Assembly (NCBI GenBank): GCA_963815065.1
Contig: CAWFFE010000006.1
Coordinates: 41,110-105,109, forward strand
DNA: 64,000 nt
Origin: an uncultured Methanoregulaceae archaeon
GTDB lineage: Archaea > Halobacteriota > Methanomicrobia > Methanomicrobiales > Methanospirillaceae
Direction of reading: 5' to 3'
Below the pieces are notes generated by a model. The model worked only from the letters and a program-made list of their open reading frames with translations, made no database searches and was not told the origin of the DNA. The position numbers and the translations under genes are program-made. Below, one piece after another: positions 55,234-64,000 of this stretch (position 1 is the stretch's first letter; each line of letters begins with the position of its first letter).

Positions 55234-58200
55234 ATGGTGGCAACACCTCGACAAGGTGAGGCAATCACCAAACACGACAAGAGCATGGTGGTTACTGCTG
55301 GTGCCGGAACCGGTAAGACATACGTCCTGGTCCAGAAATACATTGATCTCCTGAAAACGAAGGGAGTGAGCGTGCCACAGATCCTTGCCCTTACGTTTAC
55401 CGACAAGGCAGCAGCGGAGATGAAGGAGAGGATCCGGGCAGAAATTCTTAAGCAGGATGGCCCACAGTGGGAGAAGGCGGCGGAGGATTTTATGATCGCG
55501 CCGGTCCAGACCTTCCATTCATTCTGCGCACAGGTGCTCCGGGAGTTCCCGATCGAGGCCTGGCTGGAACCGGGTTTTGCTGTCCTGGATGAACAGCAGG
55601 TATCGCGAATCCACAGCAAGGCATACGAGGACCTGATCCATACCCGGCAGGAAGGCCCGGTCAACGAAGCACTGGTCCACGTCCTCTCCATCACAGATCA
55701 ATTTAACTTAAAGACAATGCTCTTCGCACTCTACGGGAAGCGGGAGAGATATGCTCGGTTCTTTACGGCTCTTGGTGATGATGAGAGCCATGTGCTCGAT
55801 GTCTGGAAGACCGAGGTTGAAAAATTCCGGGATGAGGAGATTGCATCACTGAGGAAAGATCCCTCGTTCGCAACCCGGATCCATACGCTGCTCGTTCTTG
55901 CATCAGAGTATGAGGGAGTGAATGACAAGGCGGCCGTATTCCTTCAGGATATCCGGCCTTTAACTCGCTGAACTTGAAAATTCCAAAGATTCCCGAAAAT
56001 TCTGTCAGGCTGCTCTCGAACTTGCCGGGAAGAAACCGGGTAATATCGGGAGTAAGAAGGTCTGGAAGCCTTATGATCTCGATGAGTTCAAACAGTCCCG
56101 GAAAGATCTTGCAGAGATCCTCGACCGGAAACACACTCTGTTCCACATGATTTTTGACATATCCGATCCGGTCATCACCGGCTCTGTGCAGTTCTTAAAG
56201 TCGCTCTCCCTTGTCTTTTCCCGGTATACAGAACTGGTCGGTAACGGGAAGGCGGCTCTCGGCGGTCTCGACTTCTCCGACCTGATCCTCCATGCACGGA
56301 GATTATTCCTTGAACAGGGAGGACTTGTTGCAAAACACTTCATGCCCCGTTTCGGTACATCCTGGTCGATGAGTTCCAGGACACGGACCTGTCGCAGTTC
56401 GATATCATTCTCGCCATCATCGGGACGCCATCCCCGGACACGGACTGCCTCTTCATCGTCGGTGATCCCAAGCAGTCGATCTATCTCTTCCGCGATGCGG
56501 ATGTGACCCGGTTCAAAGAGGCACAGGAGATCATAACCGCTGCCTGCAAGGGACGGGTGGTGGATCTCGATATCAGCTTCCGGAGCACGAAGGAAGTGAT
56601 TGGTCTTTCGAACCTCATCTTCACCCGGTTGCTGGCATCCACCGAGAAACCGTGGGAGTTCGGGTACAAGCCCGTTGAGGTCTCCGAAAACCGTGCCGAT
56701 CATAAAGGTTCGGTTGAACTGCTCCTTCCTCCAAGAGGCAATGATGCAGCTGGCACGAAACGGAACGAGGCCGACATGGTAGCCCGGCGGATCCACAGCA
56801 TCGTCAATGCCCAGCCTCTCTCCGTGTACGAAGAACAGCCGGATCATACATTTATCGAGCATCCGGCACGGTACCGGCGATATCGCGATCCTGCTGGAAC
56901 AGCGAACCAATCTTTCATACTACCTTTCGGCCCTGGGCGAGTACGGGATATCCTTCTATGTCCACGGTGGCACCGGGTTTACCACCGGCAGGAAGTATAC
57001 GATCTTTGCAACATCCTCTCGTTCCTCGAACACCAGCATGACAATGTCAGCCTTGTCGGTATCCTGCGGTCACCGTATTTCGGTCTTCCGGACACGGAAC
57101 TGTTCCGCATTGCGCAGGAACGAGGGATTACTTTCTGGGATAAACTTGGAGTGTATGCGAAGAATATCGGACCCGGGCTGGCGGCATCCCAAGCCCGCGA
57201 TCTTCTCGGCTTGTGGCAGCAATACGCCTGCCATGTCGGGCTGGTTGCATTGATCCGCAGGATTCTCGCGGAGTCCGGGGTCTACACCGTCTATGCAGCA
57301 CTCCCGGCCAGTGAACAGATCCTTGCCAACATCGAGAAACTGGTTGCCATGGCCAGGAACCGCGAGGAAGCCGGGCTGATACCCACTCGCTGATTTCACC
57401 GCCGATCTCCGGATGGCGATGGACGAGGACGAGCGGGAGGGCGAGGCACCGCTCGATGCCCTTGCGGAGAATGCCGTCAACATCATGACCGTGCACGCGG
57501 CAAAGGGACTGGAGTTCCCCGTTGTCTTCGTGCCGGATATGGGGACGTCCTTCCGCGAAAAGTATCCCCCGATTATGATCGGCGACAATCCGCTGATGGT
57601 TGGTGTCAAGGTTCCGAACCCCGCTGCTGATTACGAGATGACCGAGAGTGCCGTTCTTTTGACTTTGCGGGAGCAGCAGCGCCAGAAGGAGCGGGCGGAG
57701 AAGAAGCGCCTGCTGTATGTTGCTTTGACCCGGGCCCGGGATCATCTGTTCATGAGCGGGATTGCGCCGAGGATGCCGGGTTATCTTTCTATCTTGGCGG
57801 GTCCCGGATCGAGTGGGTGTTTAATTCACTTGGTGTGACTGGGGATGCGATTGCGGCCGGGGGACTGGTGTTGCCGAGGATTTATCCGGATTGCGATTGT
57901 TTCGGACTCATTAGCGATTCCCGCTGCAGACCGGGCGCGTCGAACCTGCGCTGATTGTTGTGCCGGCGGAATGTGAGGGGAAGCTGGGACCTGGACGGTA
58001 CCAGAAATATTGTCGGACCTGAACGGGTCGAGGTGAAATCCGTTTCGGATATTGAGAAAGAGAAAAGGGAGAACGAACCGGTGCCGGTGTTATCGTGGCC
58101 CGGAACCGTGGATTGAGGTACCTGTCAGGTATTGAAGGGACGAATAAGGGCACAATCATTCACGAGGTATTGCGGGGACGGGATGCCGCAGTAGTCCTGA

Positions 58201-58568
58201 AGGAGTATGGCGATATTCGGAGGAGTATGTCCGGCAGTGCAAGGAGATCCCCTCTGCGTTTTTATCTTCGGATCTGATGAAACGGGTGAAACGGTCGTAT
58301 TGTGAAGTACCGTTTGTTGTGACGGATGACGGCAAGACTGTGAGGGAAGATTGACCGTTGTGTGAGACTCGATAACGGGACTTGGGTCGTGATTGATTAC
58401 AAAACGCAACCGATTAATTCTGATGAGTTTGCGTTATTGGCAAACGAATACATCACTTCCATGACAGTGTATGTCAATGCGGCGAAAATGCTTCTTAGGA
58501 TAGCGTTCGTAAAAGGAAATATATATTATTCAGATAACAAGGATTATGGGGAAATTCTTAATCATTAG
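55234..58568 (+). CDS. addA: AddA-like UvrD-family helicase-nuclease (several frameshifts)
   Basis: AGAGTGKT, LTFTDKAAAEMKERI, QTFHSF, LVDEFQDT, VGDPKQSIY, MTVHAAKGLEFP, RLLYVALTRA, KGTIIH, VIDYKT. Starts 1 bp after the addB stop. Confidence 0.85.
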
Positions 58569-58602
58569 ACGAAAAATTTTACCAATTGGATCCTGAAAGC
58601 AA

Positions 58603-60898
58603 CTATAACCCCGGCTCTAATTCCAAAGCAAATTTTGCATAGTTATTTAATTCTGTATCTATGATTTGCTGCATGGTCTGGACTTGATGTATCATGCATA
58701 TGTCCTGATGAATATACATTAAGTTCTTTTAATTTTGGCACATGAACTTTAGTCCTGAACAATGGGGATGTTGTTTGACTGGTCTCGATCATTTCAATCA
58801 TTTTTCCTAAACTATCAGCACCTTTTAGTGAATCTAAAAAACGATAACGAAGGGTAAAGCTTCAACAAGAGGTCTAATGACCCCAACAACTAAAATTTTA
58901 TCAAGACATTGCCCATTACATACATAATTTGAAATTGTCCGATAATTCTTCTTATATACCGTTTGTATACACTTTTGAGATCACAAATGGTTATAATCGA
59001 ATAATCATTATGTGAACGTTTTATTTCGATCGTCGTGCAATCTTCTTTTGAAAAAAAACTATTCTCTAAAAATGATTGCAAAAATCGCGGATCATGTGAT
59101 AAAACGATTAGCTCGTTTTCCTTTATCAGCGAGTGATTTCAGCACGATCTGCGTAGTAAATTGTCGAGATTGATCAAGACTTGACATCGGATCATCGATA
59201 ATAATTATTTTTTCCGATAGATTTGAATCGAGATTAATTTTCGTTAAAAAAAATGTGAATGCGAGTGTTCTTTTATCGCCCTCACTAATGTATTATAGAA
59301 TGTCTACCTACTTGAAGAATTTAATTTTACAGATTTATTCCGTAATTTTATCTCGTATTTTAACCGTGGGACACCTTTTTCCTTTGATGTGTCAACATTT
59401 ACAATACTAAATCCGGGATTGAATTGTGAAAGATATCCATTGATGCCTTCTTCGACATTCTCTAACAAACCATTAGTATACTCAATCAAGTTTTTTTCTA
59501 CGGTTTCTTTTTCTTTCTCTAATTGTTTCTTTCTTTCAATCAATTCCATATATTTTTGACAAGTTTCGTTATTTGGGGATTCATACCTCTCTTTTCTCAT
59601 TTTCCAATTTGAGAAGATTCCTCTCCGCTGGCTTATTGGGTAGATTTGATGTTTGTAAAGTTTGTTTATATTTTTGGATTTCTTCATTAATCCCGCGAAC
59701 GCTTTGATTGTAATTTTTCAGTTGAGTCGGAATTGTATTGATAATGGGTCAAATGGGGGTGAAATATTGGATTGATTTCGATTGGGGATAATGGATTTGA
59801 AATTTTTATTGTTATAAGTCGTTGGCTAATCTCTCTGAAACTATGTAAGATTTGTTTTACCTCTAAAACGTGTGAACTGTCTAAATCGATTGTCGTTATC
59901 TCTTTCCAATTATTGTCTAAAATCGAACTATTCATATCGATAGTATTTTGTAACTGGTTAGGTACGGAATCTGAAATTCTTTCTTGAATATCTCTTTGAG
60001 ATGCCTGAAGAGTGATTTGATATCTTAGTGTAAGTATCGTCAAAGGGACTGACGATATAATTCATAAAGTGGTTCAGAACCTTCGAAATCTTTTCCACAG
60101 AACGGGCAATTTTCTGATTTAACAAGGTTTAATCCTTTTTTTATCCATTGCTCATCCTTCTCCATCAAATGAGTCGCGATATGAGCAATTACTTTCTGTT
60201 TTGCTTCTTCTGATATTGTGGTGATCGTTGTTGCAAGCAATTCCTTTAGTTTATCAAAATCCGTGAATGAAATCACAATCTCATTTAGGCCAGGTTTTTT
60301 TACAATTGTATCAATATTTTTTAGAGATTCAACTAATGTCTCAGTTCTTTTTTTATTTTAAGATCAATTTCAGGATCTGGTTGAAGTGCGATATATGCAT
60401 CGATTGGTAGAGGATATCCGATTTTTGAAATTATTAGACCGGTTTCCCTGACATCTGTGGTGGTTTTAGAGATAGTTTGCGTTAATTTATCTACATCTTG
60501 TTTTAATCTGCCCCCATTTTCACCAAGAGTAAATTCCAATAAAGATTCCCTTTGCTCTGGTAATATAGTAAAACCGGAGTAAATATTTCTTGCAACAAAT
60601 TCTGAATCGAATATTACAATATTATCGAATACTCTATTCCATGCATCATTAACAAAGGTGAATAGAGTGTTATCAATCAAAATTTGACTTTCTTGAATGT
60701 TGGAACCCCCAATAGTTTTTTTCTTGTGATAATCACTGGAGGGTCATTATTTGATAATGAAGAAAAAATTGAACTTAATGTCGATTTACCTCGACCATTT
60801 TCTCCATATATCGTAGTAATTTTTGAAAACTTTATCGCAGAGGGTATAGCATCATGAAATAATCCGAATCCTCGGATTTTGATAATCTTATTTATCAT
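58603..60898 (-). CDS. AAA_13 / RloC-like Rad50-type ABC ATPase, fragmented
   Basis: Walker A IYGENGRGKST, zinc hook CPFCG (~60100), signature SEGDKRTLA (~59270), IIDDPMSSLD, IVLSHD, C-terminal NVYSSGHMH. Very AT-rich. Confidence 0.78.
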
Positions 60899-60989
60899 AG
60901 TGTTTAGTCATTCACTTTGCAACGATAATTCTTCTTTTTTGATTTTCAAAAATTTTTTTCAAGTAAATGCAGTAAATTTAAATTATATA

Positions 60990-62972
60990 ATAGCATGAGC
61001 ATTAATATCTTTGTCTAAAATCACATATTTGAAATGTCCATTTCTCTTCTCGTTCATGATTTTCTTCCATACTGATGGAGCAATATCATTTGTTGAAATA
61101 ATGAAAAGTGTATTATCTTCAGAGCTTTTAGCATGGCCTATGGCCACCATAAGATGAGTAAAATCAAATTGAGTTTTTGAATATCTTTTTGATTCCCCAT
61201 ATCTCTCGCAACGTATAAACTATCCTGTAAGTATTGCAATAAATTAACTAATAGAAATCTTCGAGACCCGGGCAGGGTTTTAAATATTTTGAATTAAGAA
61301 TTGTATATTCAATCCGATTAAGACGTGAATATAATTTTGATAATTCCCGGCTCCTTATTTTTATCCCCTCAATGAATTTTGGAACAAACTCATTTTCATA
61401 TTTTGAATCATCAATCGATGTAACAAAACTCTCGAATTTTTCTTTAAATTTTAGATAATCCAATGTTTCTGTGAAATCCAATGAATCAATAAACGCCCGT
61501 AAGTCTTCCGTATTTTTGAAAAAACCGTATCTAATACATATCGAAATCTTGCTTCATTAAGATTATGAATCTGACTAAGGATTTTCCTCTTATCCAAATA
61601 TAAAATTACACCTTCATTGTCTGATATTGACAAGAAAGAGGCAATAGTTGAAAAACCGTAGATATAGAGAAGGTATTTTTTTCCATCATGTTGAATCGTC
61701 CAATTATACTCGAATTTATCAAAGGTTACATTTAATTTCCCAAAAGCGTTTCGAATTTGGGTATCCAGATTACTGATAATTTTTTTACGATTAACCTCAC
61801 TTATCACGGTTCTTTTATATCGAGTTGTACTTAGCCCGCAAAAATGATTACATTTTGGACAATCAACTATTGAATTATCTTTGAATTCTTGAATGTCAAT
61901 GGGCTCTCCACATTTCTTACATCTTATGTATTCTTCTTCTTGAAGGCGAACAATCCCTTTGTGTTCATATTCTTTTAAAATCTCAAGATTGGGAACTTGA
62001 ATTTTCAAGCAGCATATCCAATTTCAAGAGGAATTTGCATTGGTATCATCCGTATTGAAGGTCTCAAAATAATCAGAAATGATTCTCTTTTTTTCTGTAT
62101 TGTATTCCTTATCAGAACATTTAATGATTACACTCTACACCCTCAATATCAAAATGCAGTTTAAATTTGTGTTCTTGAATTTGCACCGTCGCATTCAGAA
62201 GTTCTGAGTGGTTTGTGATCAAATGTAATGCATGTGATGGTGAAACTAGTTCCATAATATTCTGGTTAATTGGTTCTCGAACTCTAGATCGTTATCTCAA
62301 TGGTTGGAAAATTCGCAAGGGGTGGTATTAACCCCACGGTTATTGCAAACACTTTTACTTGGTGATTACCTTACCTCTTTTATTGCAGAGATGAAGCGAT
62401 CTAAAACCCTCATCGGGTTTTCTTGATGATGTCTTCTTTGAATACTAGTGGTTCGATTGAAAAGTTTTCCGGCAACATGTTGTACAATTTCAAGTGTTTT
62501 TATAGGTTCAAGCCCAAGAAAGGGCCGATAGTTTTGATCGTTGGTCCGTAAAAAACCAATATTTTTTGATCAGCTCGTTTTTATTGCTTCATTGCGAGCA
62601 GTTTTTTTAATGACCGTTGTTGAGTGCTTTTCTCTTCGAAAAATGATTTTGATTTTATCATTTTTCGAAAGAATACCCACATTACATGGATTTTTCTTTA
62701 TCCTTTTTTCCCCTTCTGATATAAATTAAAAGATCCTCTGGACGTTTTCCCTCGTAATCGGAGTGGGTTGCCCTTGACTAAAGCCGGAAATTGCATTAAA
62801 TGTTTTTACAGATGATTTTTTCAGTATATTATCGCAATATAAATCGAAAATAGCATCCTTCTCGACTCCGATTGAAAATGGGTAAGATTAATACTCGTGG
62901 ATTGTCTTTCGGCCAAAATATTATATCCGGAATGATCCTCGCCTAGGGTTTCCCCTTTGCTTTGTTGACAAT
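60990..62972 (-). CDS. AT-rich hypothetical protein(s) with Zn finger, fragmented; boundaries approximate
   Basis: Chain of minus-strand ORF pieces (61451-62008 with CKKC...CPKC, and 61248-61481) in protein-like AT-rich sequence. Confidence 0.5.
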
Positions 62973-63358
62973 TAATCAGTATTTCCAATGCTATCAGAAA
63001 ATTTTTTTAGGGCATATATTTGACAAAAAAACAGTTTATTCCGGTGATATTGTGTTCGAAGAAATGAAAAAAGTCCATCACCTTCTCCTCCAAAGTCTCG
63101 TAATTAATAATCTATACCAAGTTTGTTCGGATGTTTTCAAAATTTTGTAAATTCTTCTTGCATGGTTCTGATCACTGTAGGCCAAGTTCGCAAAATTCCT
63201 TTAATTGGACATTAATATCTAACCAGAATTGTTTTTCTGTTTCTGGTATGCTTATCATAATATGATCCAATATTTTTTAGGATATTAAAATCTGCGATCC
63301 AATTGTAATCATTTTGTTTAATCACTATTTCCGAATGAACCCCTAACTTTAGATGAAT

Positions 63359-64000
63359 TCAATTCGAAAGTGACATCTCCGTATCAATATACCTCTTCGC
63401 ATACTCCGCAATCTGTAAATTTTCCGGTACAAACTGATCAACTTCTCACTTGTCCGGCCCTTGAACTTCTCCGCAATCTCCTCCGGAGACGGGCAGGATG
63501 CAAGATATCGCTTTGTATTTCTCCAAAATATGGGATGGAGAGACGCCCTTAAATTTCAAAGCGATCTCCTCATCTTCCACATGAAGTCTGGCGAATTCTT
63601 TTCCTAATATGAAAAGTGTCCGGTGCTTTGCCGATCCGGTCCAGGTAAACCAGTACGTGTGAGCCCCATCGATAACAAACGGATTCTCCGCGAGTCCGGC
63701 TTCCTGTGCTGTGCATTGCGCTTCCTTGAGCATTTCCTGTGCTTTTAGATTGAGATACGCAGGAACGTAATCGGAGGTAACAATCTCGCGCATCTTCTCC
63801 CGTATTTGGGGATGGATCTCTGCCCCGCCACCGCCAAAATATCTCGGCACTTTTCCGCCTGTCGAAGGTTCGACAAAAATCTCACATCGCTTGAAATCGA
63901 TCGAAAGGATCTCCCACCGGCGTCCCGCGAGAATCAGGAACTCGCGGGTTTCCAGATCGGGAGCTGACCGGACGCTGCCGATCTTTCCACCCTTATGGAC
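63359..64000 (-). CDS. C-terminal part of an Lhr-like DEAD/DEAH helicase (5' part outside window)
   Basis: Frame open from the window edge: FLILAGRRWEILSID..IFVEP..GGKVP.YFGGGG.EIH..IREKM..YL, FTWTGS, a pattern typical of Lhr-like helicase C-termini. Frameshift near 63490. Confidence 0.65.

Noticed and set aside
1-64000. tRNA, rRNA, SRP or RNase P RNA genes and integrases
   Set aside because: No hallmark sequences were recognised by eye. A tRNAscan/Infernal run would be needed to exclude them fully.

Overview
Archaeal chromosomal DNA, most consistent with a hydrogenotrophic Methanomicrobiales methanogen (Methanoregula-like). Evidence: methanogenesis marker 8, mfnD/mfnF, F420-linked fdhAB plus fdhC, TBP, TFS, archaeosortase A, Pth2 and TruD. 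Bases 1-47,000 are mostly housekeeping, envelope and metabolic genes. Notable items there are a ~1,210-aa pseudo-receiver/coiled-coil protein with 126-bp (six-heptad) tandem repeats, a repeat-built surface protein, and two copies of a structured MITE-like element, one with TIRs and a perfect 8-bp target duplication. At ~47,003 the native archaeal rad50-nurA-herA operon breaks off inside rad50. It abuts a divergent, bacterial-type sbcD-sbcC-addB-addA cluster, followed by an AT-rich defence-like island (RloC-like ABC ATPase, an unknown Zn-finger protein, and the C-terminus of an Lhr/Shango-like helicase). Many genes carry isolated extra bases, and these become much denser after 47 kb, so most frameshifts are probably read or assembly errors and the 47-kb junction needs read-level validation. 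No rRNA, tRNA or CRISPR array was seen. All family assignments are from motif recognition, not database searches.
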